Sequence record: SRR20825006_999
DNA length: 64,000 bases
Strand: one strand, 5' to 3'
Below, piece by piece: positions 19,631 to 29,032 of this stretch. The first letter of the stretch is position 1. Every line of letters begins with the position of its first letter. The notes under the pieces were generated by a model. That model worked only from the letters and a program-made list of their open reading frames with translations. It was not told the DNA's origin and did not search any database. The position numbers and the translations under genes are program-made.

Positions 19631-22405
19631 ATGGCAAAAAATTTACTTGCTCTTTTATTTCTCTGTTTAATTACTGGGAATGCTTGGGCGCAGACCGACT
19701 CAATTGCACCGCAATTAAATGATTCATTATTAATAGAATATTTGAGGAATAATTATTACCCCTCAAATCCTAAAAATTATGATCCTGCTAGGGATTATTT
19801 GTATCAGACCTTAGATGTTGATGCAACAGATAGTCTTACTGGGGTTTATACTGGCTTACGTGCAAAAGCTGATGGAAGTAGAACTCCAAGTAATGGTGCT
19901 TTAAGTTTTAATACTGAGCATTCGTGGCCACAAAGCTTTTATAACGAAAACGAGCCAATGAGAGGAGATATTCATCATCTGTATCCCGTTTGGAGCTCGG
20001 CAAATTCATCCAGAAACAATAATCCCTTTGCTGAAATTGATGATAATTTAACTACTTCTTGGTGGTATTGGAAAAATGGATCGAAACTTACTACTGTTCC
20101 TACATCTGATATTGACGAATACAGCGAGTATTACAATAGTTCTTTTGAACCCCGTGAATCGCACAAAGGAAATGCAGCTCGGTCGATGTTCTACTTTTGG
20201 ACTTTATATCAAACAAATACCAATATTATTAATGATGAGTATGATAATCAGGCTTTTTTCGATGGAATGAAGGAAACCTTGTATCAATGGCACAAACAAG
20301 ATCCCGTTGATGCAGCTGAATTAGCCCGAAGTTTAGCTATTGAGTCTTTCCAAGGAAATAGAAACCCATTTATTCACGATACCTCGTTAGTTCGAAGATC
20401 ATTTTTCTATGAAGGTGAGGTTATTTCACCACCTAGTTCAGACCTCCCAGATGTGTATATTTCTGAAGTTTACGAAGCAAATGGAGGTACTGTTAAATAC
20501 TTAGAGTTATTCAATACCACTAATAATACTATTGATTTCACTACAAATAACTGGGAGTTAAGACGGTATTCCAATTCTAACTCTTCATTCATCTCAGTTT
20601 CTCTTTCTGGAAGTATTGAACCAAAAAAGTTTTTTGTAATTGGAGATGATAACTCGAACAGTGGTGTACAGACCATATTTGGAGAAGGAGTAGTTGACCA
20701 GAGCACAAGTGTAGTAAATCACAATGGAAATGAAAAGTACCTACTGTTACGTACCGTTTCTGGAGTAGTTGATACTGTTGATTCTTTTGGAATTGATAAC
20801 ATAGGAAACGCCAGTGACTTTGCTAAAGACCAAGTAGCATATCGCTTGTATAGTGAGTTGCCAAATAACGGAAGTTTTGGACAACAATCGATTTCTAGTA
20901 ATGGAGATACTGTCGCCTCAGGTAATTGGGTAGTTTTTGATGTTACCTCGGCGAATGCAAATGCGAGATATGTTTCAACACCAGGTTACAGTAAAGGGAT
21001 AGAGTCTTCATCAAAGCCGGAAATACTGATAACAGGGGAGGCTGGTTGGCGGCTTATTTCCATTCCAGCTAATAGCGCAAACTTATCTATGATTTCTGAT
21101 GATATGGCTATTCAAGGGGTAGGTAATGGATCAACACCAAATGTATTTACGTTTAATAACTCAGGGCAATATCAAACTCCCGCAAGTTTAAGTTCCTCAT
21201 TACAAAACGGCACAGGAATGGTGCTTTACTTTTTTAACAATGCTTCAAATGGGAGTAAAGAGTTGCCAATTGTTATCGATTTAGAAGATGAAGACGAGCC
21301 AACTTCAGATGTTAATGTAAGTTTGAATTCAACGAATCCAAATATTTCTACATACTTAACCTTGGTAGGAAATCCGTTTCAAAGTAATTTTGATGGATCT
21401 TTTATCACTACAGATAACTCTATTCAAGAGAATGTTCATTTTCTTAAAGATGGATTGTATTTCACTCAATCCATATCTACTACCACACTTTTACCTTGGC
21501 AGGCTTTTTGGGTTGAATCAAGCGCTTCAAATACTTCAACACAGCTTACATTTCCAGTAGCCGGTAAAACTCAATCTTCTGCTACTGTTAGTGCCTTTTC
21601 TAAAGTAGTTTCACCAGAATTTGAAATTCAGATAAACCTAAAATCAAATAAGTCTTTAGATAGAGGGTGTATCATTTCGTTTAAACAGAATGCTGATTTA
21701 GGATGGGATAGATATGATGCATCAAAGTTACTGCCGTCAAAAAACCAGTACGCGATTCTCGGTTGTATCGAAGACTCTAAGATTAAAGCGGTAAGTTCAT
21801 ATTCAAATAGTTTGGATGGAGATTTAGAAATTCCTCTTTATCTAGAATCTGTGAATGTTGATGATGAATTGGAATTAAGTTGGACTATACCTGAGAATCT
21901 ACCTACAGATTGGTCTATTTATTTAACAGACAATTTTACAAACGAAGTTATTTCTGTACTAGAAAATTCAGAATATATCTTTTTAAATGAATCGATTGCT
22001 GGGAAAATTAATAATACTGTGCCAAGTATTGAACTTAGAAAAGTTCAGTTAAAGACTCAGGAAGAAAATTATGAACGATTTAAGCTCGTTATAAAATCTA
22101 ATAAGATTGCAAATAGTATTAGCACAGAAGAAGAGTTTCCTAGTAGCTTTAATTTAGCTCAGAACTATCCAAATCCTTTTAACCCTACTACAACCATCAG
22201 CTACACATTAAAATCTAATGATTTTGTTCGGTTATCAGTCTACTCTATAACTGGGCAAGAAGTGGCGAGCTTAGTTAATTCCTCTGAAACAGCAGGAGAG
22301 AAGCAAGTGGTTTGGAACGCTGGTAATCTTTCGAGCGGTATTTATTATGCACGATTACAACTAGCTGGAGAAGCGAAGACAATTAAAATGACACTACTTA
22401 AATAA
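19631..22405 (+). CDS. Secreted endonuclease I-family nuclease with lamin-tail-like domain and T9SS C-terminal sorting domain
   Basis: Signal peptide; 'NTEHSWPQS', 'DIHHLYP..ANSSRNN.PF', 'FEPRESHKGNAAR', 'QGNRNPFI'; LTD-like 'YISEVYE..KYLELFN'; CTD 'LAQNYPNPFNPTTTISY..SSGIYYARL..KMTLLK'. Confidence 0.88.
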   Translation: MAKNLLALLFLCLITGNAWAQTDSIAPQLNDSLLIEYLRNNYYPSNPKNYDPARDYLYQTLDVDATDSLTGVYTGLRAKADGSRTPSNGALSFNTEHSWPQSFYNENEPMRGDIHHLYPVWSSANSSRNNNPFAEIDDNLTTSWWYWKNGSKLTTVPTSDIDEYSEYYNSSFEPRESHKGNAARSMFYFWTLYQTNTNIINDEYDNQAFFDGMKETLYQWHKQDPVDAAELARSLAIESFQGNRNPFIHDTSLVRRSFFYEGEVISPPSSDLPDVYISEVYEANGGTVKYLELFNTTNNTIDFTTNNWELRRYSNSNSSFISVSLSGSIEPKKFFVIGDDNSNSGVQTIFGEGVVDQSTSVVNHNGNEKYLLLRTVSGVVDTVDSFGIDNIGNASDFAKDQVAYRLYSELPNNGSFGQQSISSNGDTVASGNWVVFDVTSANANARYVSTPGYSKGIESSSKPEILITGEAGWRLISIPANSANLSMISDDMAIQGVGNGSTPNVFTFNNSGQYQTPASLSSSLQNGTGMVLYFFNNASNGSKELPIVIDLEDEDEPTSDVNVSLNSTNPNISTYLTLVGNPFQSNFDGSFITTDNSIQENVHFLKDGLYFTQSISTTTLLPWQAFWVESSASNTSTQLTFPVAGKTQSSATVSAFSKVVSPEFEIQINLKSNKSLDRGCIISFKQNADLGWDRYDASKLLPSKNQYAILGCIEDSKIKAVSSYSNSLDGDLEIPLYLESVNVDDELELSWTIPENLPTDWSIYLTDNFTNEVISVLENSEYIFLNESIAGKINNTVPSIELRKVQLKTQEENYERFKLVIKSNKIANSISTEEEFPSSFNLAQNYPNPFNPTTTISYTLKSNDFVRLSVYSITGQEVASLVNSSETAGEKQVVWNAGNLSSGIYYARLQLAGEAKTIKMTLLK

Positions 22406-22416
22406 TTCAAGAGCAT

Positions 22417-22447
22417 AAAAAAAGCCCTATATAAATATAGGGCTTTT
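22417..22447. terminator. Bidirectional intrinsic terminator
   Basis: AAAAAAAGCCCTATAT-aa-ATATAGGGCTTTT between convergent genes. Confidence 0.85.
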
Positions 22448-22465
22448 AAAACGGTTGCTTTAAGT

Positions 22466-23167
22466 TTACTTAACTTTAATAAGTTCAACTTTAAAGATTA
22501 GTGTAGAGTTTGGTCCAATAATGCTTCCTCTTGGTGCATTAGGTCCGTAAGCTAATTCAGCAGGAATGTAGAACTCATAAGTAGCGCCTTCTTTCATTAA
22601 TTGCACGCCTTCAGTCCATCCTCTAATAACTCGGTTCAAAGGAAAAGAAATTGACTCACCTCGTTCGTAAGAGCTGTCAAAAACACGGCCGTCTATAAGT
22701 GAGCCTTCGTAATTAACTTCAACTTCATCTTCCGCTTTTGGAGATTTACCTGAACCTTCTTCAAGAACTTTGTATTGCAAACCAGTAGCAGTTTCAATAA
22801 TGCCATCTTTAGCTTTGTTTGCTGCTAAAAAATCCTTGCCTTCCTTCATGTTTTTGTCCATTAATACGGTTGCCAATTCAGCACGGTAAGTATTAATAGC
22901 GTCATTTCTTTCAGACTCTGTTAAAGTTTCATTTTTGTTCATTCCATTAATAAAACCAGAAAGATATTGCTCGTAGTTAAAATCGGTAGCACCTTCATTA
23001 GTTAGGAACTGTGCATTTTGATATCCCAATGAAAAACTAACACTATCAATGTTATTTTCAAGTTTAACTGCTGGAGCGGTTGAATAGTCTGATGTTTGGT
23101 TGTTGCAGGATACTGTAGCCGTAACTAAGATTAGAGCTGCAAAAAGAGAATAATTTTTCAATTTCAT
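22466..23167 (-). CDS. FKBP-type PPIase, FkpA/Mip-like lipoprotein
   Basis: Lipobox 'ATVSC', FKBP_N 'DSVSFSLG', 'TGLQYKVL', 'VFDSSYERG', 'VIRGWTEG', 'IPAELAYG', 'STLIFKVEL'; ATG at 23167 (ORF extends to 23194). Confidence 0.92.
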   Translation of the reverse strand: MKLKNYSLFAALILVTATVSCNNQTSDYSTAPAVKLENNIDSVSFSLGYQNAQFLTNEGATDFNYEQYLSGFINGMNKNETLTESERNDAINTYRAELATVLMDKNMKEGKDFLAANKAKDGIIETATGLQYKVLEEGSGKSPKAEDEVEVNYEGSLIDGRVFDSSYERGESISFPLNRVIRGWTEGVQLMKEGATYEFYIPAELAYGPNAPRGSIIGPNSTLIFKVELIKVK

Positions 23168-23294
23168 AAGATTAATTAGTGATTTTTCATTCAAAACTTT
23201 CTAAAAATAGGGTAAATCCTTCCAAAGTGGAATATAAATTCATGCTTTCTATGTATATTTACATCTAATTAATAAAGAAAAGGATAAAAGCACT

Positions 23295-24815
23295 TTGACA
23301 TTTAATGATATTGAACTCAATGAGTCGCTAAGATTAGGATTGAAGGATGTTGGTTATACAGAACCTACACCGATTCAAGAACAGAGTATTCCATTTGCGC
23401 TAGAAGGAAAAGACATATTGGGTGCCGCCCAAACAGGCACCGGAAAAACGGGAGCATTTGTAATCCCGATATTAGAAAAGATTCTCAGGAACCCATCGAA
23501 AGGGACAAAAGCGTTAATTTTATCGCCTACTAGAGAATTAGCACAACAGATAGACGAGCAAATTTTTGCATTGGGTTACCACACTGGTATTTCATCTGCA
23601 ATTGTTATTGGAGGGGAAGATTTTACTCGCCAAGCGAATGCTATTAGAGCAGGTGTAGATATTATCGTAGCTACGCCAGGTAGACTTATCGATCAGATAA
23701 AAGTTTTAGATGTAGATTTTAGCAACATCAAGTTTTTGGTTTTGGATGAAGCCGATCGGATGTTGGACATGGGTTTCTTGCCTGATGTGAATAAAATAAT
23801 CGATAAACTACCTAAAGAACGCCAGACCATGTTGTTCTCTGCTACCATGCCGAAAGAGTTGCAGAAGCTTATGAACAGCGTAATGACAGACCCATTGAAA
23901 GTTCAAATTGAAGTATCTACCACTTCAAAAAGAGTAGATCAACGAGCGTACTTTGTTCCTCCTCGTAAGAAGATGGAAATGGTTCAGCAGCTTTTAGATG
24001 AAGTTGAATGGAGCTCATGTATTGTCTTTTCGGCAACCAAAAAAGGAACGAACGAGCTTGAACGCCTTTTGAACAAAAAAGGAATTAAAGCGGGTAGTAT
24101 CCATGGCGATAAGAGTCAAGATGAGAGAACTAAATCTCTTCGTGACTTTAAGAATGGAGCTGTTCCAGTTATTGTGGCAACCGATGTACTTGCTCGTGGA
24201 ATAGATATAGACAACGTTTCGCTCATCATAAATTATGATGTTCCAAAAGCTGTAGAAGATTATATTCACAGAGTTGGTAGAACTGGCCGTTACGATAAAG
24301 AAGGAATCGCGATTACTTTGGTTAGTAAAGCTGATCAAAAATATTTCGATCCTATAAAGAATAAAGTCGGTAAAAGCTTGGTAGTTCTAGAGATGGATGA
24401 AGAGCTTCCTGTTAGTAATGAACCGAAAGAAATTAAGCCTAAAGCCGAGAAAAGAGATCCGAAAACATTAACTCCGATTAATGTTGAGAAAGAGGACGTT
24501 TCCATTTCTACTAACGCTGAAGGCCGGGTAGTAATAAAACTAAAGAACAAGCCTGAGCCTGTTGCTGTAGTTGAGGGGAAAAAAGAAGTTGTAGAAAAGC
24601 CTAAAAAAGCTTCTAAACCTGTGGTGACTAAAAAAGCACCAAAGAAGAAAGAAATTGAGGTTAAGAAGAAGAAAATCGAGATTAAGAAAAAAGAGCCTAC
24701 TGTTAAACCAGACAGAATTGAAAAGGCAACTAAGAGAAATAAGAATATCCGTAAACCTGCTAAAGGGTTTTGGGGTATTATCAAAAGCTTTATTCCTCGA
24801 TTTGGTAAAGACTAG
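23295..24815 (+). CDS. DEAD-box RNA helicase (RhlE-like) with Lys-rich C-terminal tail
   Basis: Q motif 'GYTEPTPIQ', 'AQTGTGKT', 'PTRELA', 'TPGRL', 'DEADRMLDMGF', 'SAT', 'ARGID', 'HRVGRTGR'. Confidence 0.95.
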   Translation: MTFNDIELNESLRLGLKDVGYTEPTPIQEQSIPFALEGKDILGAAQTGTGKTGAFVIPILEKILRNPSKGTKALILSPTRELAQQIDEQIFALGYHTGISSAIVIGGEDFTRQANAIRAGVDIIVATPGRLIDQIKVLDVDFSNIKFLVLDEADRMLDMGFLPDVNKIIDKLPKERQTMLFSATMPKELQKLMNSVMTDPLKVQIEVSTTSKRVDQRAYFVPPRKKMEMVQQLLDEVEWSSCIVFSATKKGTNELERLLNKKGIKAGSIHGDKSQDERTKSLRDFKNGAVPVIVATDVLARGIDIDNVSLIINYDVPKAVEDYIHRVGRTGRYDKEGIAITLVSKADQKYFDPIKNKVGKSLVVLEMDEELPVSNEPKEIKPKAEKRDPKTLTPINVEKEDVSISTNAEGRVVIKLKNKPEPVAVVEGKKEVVEKPKKASKPVVTKKAPKKKEIEVKKKKIEIKKKEPTVKPDRIEKATKRNKNIRKPAKGFWGIIKSFIPRFGKD

Positions 24816-24871
24816 TTAACTTTATTTTAATCTAAAACCATCATCTTTAAGGAACTTAAATCCATTCGACA

Positions 24872-26044
24872 ATGAAAAAAATAAGCCTACTTCTACTCAC
24901 TGTTTTACTTGGCTCAAATTGCCAAAAAGTTGTGGAAAAAGTTAATACAGAAACATTTGGTGTTGTTTCAACTGAATCAACTTTGCAAAATAAGTTGCCT
25001 TTAGTTGCAGATAAAAAAATCAAAAATGTAATCTTGCTTATAGCTGATGGTACTGGAATTGCTCAAATTACTTCAGGCCAATATGCAATTGTCGGTTCTG
25101 ATGGGTACCTAAATATTCAAAAAATGCCTATAACTGGCATTACAAGAACTAAATCGGCAAATAGTTTAGTTACGGATTCTGCTGCAGGTGCTACCGCTTA
25201 TTCTTGTGGTGAAAAAACTGATAATGGAATGATTGCTTACTTACCAGATGGAAGAAGTTGCAAAACTCTGTTGGAATTTGCTGAAGAAATGGGATTAAGT
25301 ACAGGGCTCGTTGCAACTTCAACTATAACTCATGCTACACCGGCAAGTTTTGCATCACACGTTAAGTCTAGAAGCATGCAAGACGTTATTGCGGCTCAGT
25401 ATCTAGATGCTGGAGTTGAGGTGCTTTTGGGTGGTGGATACCAATATTTTATTCCCCGATCTACAGAAGGAAGTTCAAGAAAAGATGATCGTAACTTGAT
25501 TGATGAATTTACTGCTATAGGATACGAATTTGTAGATAATGCAGAAGATATGACCGATAATAAAAGTGAGAAATTATTGGGTTTGTTTTCATCGATGGGG
25601 AAGGATAGAACTCCGACTTTGGCTCAAATGACAGATAAAGCATTGTCTAATTTAAGCACCAATGAAAAAGGGTTCTTCTTAATGGTTGAAGGGAGCCAAA
25701 TTGATTGGGGTGGACATGAAAATGATAGTGAGTATGTTATAAGAGAAATGAGAGATTTTGACGCGGCAGTTAAAAGCGTATTAGATTTTGCTGAAAAAGA
25801 TGGTGAAACTTTAGTGGTTTTAACTGCTGATCATGAAACGGGTGGAATGACACTACAAAACTCAAAGTTAGACTCTAAAGAGATGGAAGTTTATTGGACT
25901 ACTACTCATCATACAGGCGTTCCAATTGCAACTATGGCTTATGGTCCACATGCTGTAAAATTCTCAGGCTGGCAAGAAAATACAGACGTGGGCAGAAAAA
26001 TTGCAGCGTTAATGGGAATTACAACTTTCCCAGTTATAGAATAA
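24872..26044 (+). CDS. Alkaline phosphatase (PhoA family), probable lipoprotein
   Basis: 'ILLIADGTG', nucleophile 'VTDSAAGAT', 'THATPA', 'EGSQIDWGGH', 'TADHETGG', 'HTG'; lipobox-like 'LGSNC'. Confidence 0.92.
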   Translation: MKKISLLLLTVLLGSNCQKVVEKVNTETFGVVSTESTLQNKLPLVADKKIKNVILLIADGTGIAQITSGQYAIVGSDGYLNIQKMPITGITRTKSANSLVTDSAAGATAYSCGEKTDNGMIAYLPDGRSCKTLLEFAEEMGLSTGLVATSTITHATPASFASHVKSRSMQDVIAAQYLDAGVEVLLGGGYQYFIPRSTEGSSRKDDRNLIDEFTAIGYEFVDNAEDMTDNKSEKLLGLFSSMGKDRTPTLAQMTDKALSNLSTNEKGFFLMVEGSQIDWGGHENDSEYVIREMRDFDAAVKSVLDFAEKDGETLVVLTADHETGGMTLQNSKLDSKEMEVYWTTTHHTGVPIATMAYGPHAVKFSGWQENTDVGRKIAALMGITTFPVIE

Positions 26045-27236
26045 TTGCTGTTTTTATCTGTTTGGATCCATTTTCATTGATTTGGGTCCAAGCAGCTATA
26101 AGTTGATTCTCAATTTTAGTTAGTTGTGGAAATCCACTTGTTCTAGCAGAAGAAATTTCTGCGATTACTTGAGTTTGTAACACAATCCCTTTTTGGTCTA
26201 TCTGTTTGAGCTTGTAAAGCGCTTTCGATGCATCATCGGAAGAACGTTCCACCCAAGTGACAACTGCTGTCATATCGCCTAACAGCGCAATATCTACGCG
26301 GCCTAAAGCATCTACATCATCTACCTGAAAGGCTGGACCAAAGCTTTCGGCATAATCATTAGAAAAGCTCACTTTTACTTTGGCAGAATCATTAGCCGCT
26401 GTAAACCAAGCCACAGCTACAGTTTTGCCATTAGAAGCGATTGAAGGTCCATTTACTGGGCAAGCTGCTATAACCCAATTATCATTGTGTACAGGTTTAG
26501 GAGAACTCCATTTACCATTTTTGAATTTGGAAGTGTAGATGTCGCGGATTTCATCTTCTGTACGGTTTCTATAAGCGGTTATGAGTCCATCATCGGTAAG
26601 GATAGTAGCTGTGCCACAACAATCACAAACACTTGCATCAATTTCATGCTCCGATAGCAATTCAAGTTGGTCCGAGATTATTGCCGAACGCAAAGTCATT
26701 GCAGTGTTTAAATCCGAAGCAGTACCATGTGACTGACCAACGGTTTTCCTTCCATCTAACCAAACAGCCATAAAAGTAGAGTCACTAACAGGAACCATAC
26801 TTGCAAAGCCATGCTCGCTAGGAGTGTTGTCGTTGTGAGGAGTTAAAACCGTTTCCCAATTTTTTGAAGCTGTTGAAATATTGACGTCATAAGAATATCT
26901 GCTACCTGGCTTTTTTTGTAACCAGTGTGTTGCCATCGCTTTACCGTTTTGAGCAATAATAGAAGGAAAGTCGGCCCAATTTACAAACCAAGAATCAGAA
27001 CTTTGGATTGGGGTTGCGTCGCTCCAAATCGTATCTACTAAAGATGAATAATACAAGGTTGATGTATCCTCGTTTGTTTCTACCCAGCTCATGAAAACCA
27101 TTCCTGTATTATCAGTAAATAGATTCGGTAATGAAGCACCAGCCTTACTTGGCGTTTCTAACTCGTTAACTGTAAATGTTTGAGGTTTTGAACAGCCTAA
27201 GGCAATTAAAATAAGACTAAGCGTTATGTATCGCAT
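26034..27236 (-). CDS. Lipoprotein with sialidase-like/BNR beta-propeller
   Basis: Lipobox 'ALGC'; 'FVNWADFP', 'EHGF', 'WLDGR', 'VCDCC', 'IRDI', 'ACPVNGP', BNR-like 'FSNDYAESF'. Confidence 0.7.
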   Translation of the reverse strand: MRYITLSLILIALGCSKPQTFTVNELETPSKAGASLPNLFTDNTGMVFMSWVETNEDTSTLYYSSLVDTIWSDATPIQSSDSWFVNWADFPSIIAQNGKAMATHWLQKKPGSRYSYDVNISTASKNWETVLTPHNDNTPSEHGFASMVPVSDSTFMAVWLDGRKTVGQSHGTASDLNTAMTLRSAIISDQLELLSEHEIDASVCDCCGTATILTDDGLITAYRNRTEDEIRDIYTSKFKNGKWSSPKPVHNDNWVIAACPVNGPSIASNGKTVAVAWFTAANDSAKVKVSFSNDYAESFGPAFQVDDVDALGRVDIALLGDMTAVVTWVERSSDDASKALYKLKQIDQKGIVLQTQVIAEISSARTSGFPQLTKIENQLIAAWTQINENGSKQIKTAIIL

Positions 27237-27615
27237 TTTGATTTAATTTGTAGGTATAGTCAGCTAATATAATGCCAACGATTGAAGTAAAAGGAAACGT
27301 GAATAAGTACCAATATGGTATCATTGTTAAAGACGATGCTATCTCAAAAGCACTCCATAACAAGGTTAGGCTTAAAAAAGCGATAAGATGGTAACGAGGA
27401 GCAAACCCAGCAACAGTCATTGTCATCATACAGCCAAACCATGATGAAATGATAGAGACAACATAAACTACAATAACCCAAGATGCCCCAGGTACGGAGG
27501 ACATCCCAAAGAAAGAGAAATCGATTGTAAAAAAGAAAGAAATGATTATTCTGGAAAAGCCCTCTATAAAAAGGCTAAGAATGAATCCTAGTAAAACAGC
27601 GCCGATACTCTTCAT
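27217..27615 (-). CDS. Hypothetical membrane protein (about 4 TM)
   Basis: Hydrophobic 132-aa ORF overlapping the start of the downstream lipoprotein gene. Confidence 0.7.
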   Translation of the reverse strand: MKSIGAVLLGFILSLFIEGFSRIIISFFFTIDFSFFGMSSVPGASWVIVVYVVSIISSWFGCMMTMTVAGFAPRYHLIAFLSLTLLWSAFEIASSLTMIPYWYLFTFPFTSIVGIILADYTYKLNQNAIHNA

Positions 27616-27780
27616 AAATATAATTAAGTTGTTTTGATGGTAAACACTTCATCCACTTAAAACAACTTTAACTGGATTTATAAATGAAAAGAAATTAAGA
27701 ATTAAATGAATAATTGTGATTGTTCTTTGTATTTTTAGAAGAATTGAACCTTTTGTTATATCAAACCTAAATCATTTGTT

Positions 27781-28278
27781 ATGAAGTATACACTTACCCT
27801 ATTAATCGGGCTATTTATTTCTACGTTAAGCGTAGCACAAGAAAGCGACAAAAAAGAAATATTAAGACTTTCTGAACCTGTTGAAGTAACAGCTCATTAT
27901 GAAGTATTTGGTGCTAAGATTCTATCTAAAGACACAGCGAAACCACTTGCCGACATTATTGCAAAAAGTGCCGACCATCAAGATAAAGAAGTTGTTGTAA
28001 CCGCTAACGTAACTGAAGTTTGCTCTAAAAAAGGTTGTTTTTTTGTAGCAAATAGTGGCGACAAATCTGCAAGAATTACATTTATCGATTATAGCTTTTT
28101 TGTTCCAACCGACTCTCAAGGTAAAGACGTTACTATTGTAGGCGTGTTTAATGAAAAGACTTTAACTGAAGAAAAAGCAAAACATTACGCTGAAGACGCT
28201 GGTCAAAACCCAGATGATATTGTTGGTGATCAAAAAGAATACTCTATAGTCGCAACATCAGTAGTAATCCCTAAATAA
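27781..28278 (+). CDS. DUF4920 family exported OB-fold protein
   Basis: Signal peptide, 'EVCSKKGCF', 'F.DY.FFVP', 'AKHYAEDAG'. Confidence 0.8.
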   Translation: MKYTLTLLIGLFISTLSVAQESDKKEILRLSEPVEVTAHYEVFGAKILSKDTAKPLADIIAKSADHQDKEVVVTANVTEVCSKKGCFFVANSGDKSARITFIDYSFFVPTDSQGKDVTIVGVFNEKTLTEEKAKHYAEDAGQNPDDIVGDQKEYSIVATSVVIPK

Positions 28279-28296
28279 TAAAAGAACATATTTTAT

Positions 28297-28788
28297 ATGA
28301 ATGAAAATGACATTCTGGTTCCATCAGAAGTAACTTCATCAGAGAAGCAACTTATGGAATCTCCAGAAATTGAGACTATTGCAAAAACAGTAATCGAAAA
28401 GAATAAGCTTGAGTTCGGGCCAGCTGAAATTGGATACTTTTTAGTGTATCCAAATATTTCAAAGCAGAAAGCTGCCAAATGCATGAAAGCGACTCGGGAA
28501 GTTAAATACTATTCAGGAAATGATTACTTAATTGAAGTTTCCGGCGAGCTCTGGGACATGCTTGATAATGACACAAAAGAAATGGTGCTATACCATGAAT
28601 TACTTCATATAGACCCATCTTTTAAGTCTAAAACTCAAGAATGGAAGATGAACTTGAAACGCCCAGATTTTTCGGATTACTACACCATTAATGATAAGCA
28701 CGGAAATGAATGGTATAAAACGGTACAAGCAACAGCTTCGTCGTTATATGATTTAGATCCACGCCAAGAAAGTAAAGTATCTCTTTAA
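28297..28788 (+). CDS. Putative metallopeptidase (phage-metallopeptidase-like, HExxH)
   Basis: 'DYLIEV...W', 'LYHELLHI', 'RPDF'. Confidence 0.65.
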   Translation: MNENDILVPSEVTSSEKQLMESPEIETIAKTVIEKNKLEFGPAEIGYFLVYPNISKQKAAKCMKATREVKYYSGNDYLIEVSGELWDMLDNDTKEMVLYHELLHIDPSFKSKTQEWKMNLKRPDFSDYYTINDKHGNEWYKTVQATASSLYDLDPRQESKVSL

Positions 28789-28807
28789 GTTAATTACTTT
28801 CTTAGTG

Positions 28808-29029
28808 TTAGAATGTAAAGCCCTCTTTTTCAAGGAGGGCTTTTATTTTATTAAGATGATCTCCCTGAATTTCTATACTCTTACCTTTTACCGTACCGCC
28901 TGTTCCTAGCTGTTGTTTCAGCTTTTTAGCAAGGTTTTCTATAACCTGTGGATTGTGCTGTATGTTTTTAATAACGGTAACTTGTTTGCCTCGTCGGCCC
29001 GATTTATCTACGGTGATAGCTAATTTCAT
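28808..29029 (-). CDS. Translation initiation factor SUI1/YciH family
   Basis: 'GRRGKQVTVI', 'LAKKLKQQLGTGGTVK', 'IEIQGDH'. Confidence 0.9.
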   Translation of the reverse strand: MKLAITVDKSGRRGKQVTVIKNIQHNPQVIENLAKKLKQQLGTGGTVKGKSIEIQGDHLNKIKALLEKEGFTF

Positions 29030-29032
29030 TTC

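Noticed and set aside
19422-19637. 71-aa minus-strand ORF in the thr/nuclease divergent region
   Set aside because: AT-rich, low-complexity translation overlapping the promoter region and the nuclease start codon
24335-24784. 149-aa hydrophobic antisense ORF that looks like a membrane protein
   Set aside because: Mirror of the Lys-rich (AAA/AAG) helicase tail, which gives Phe/Leu on the opposite strand
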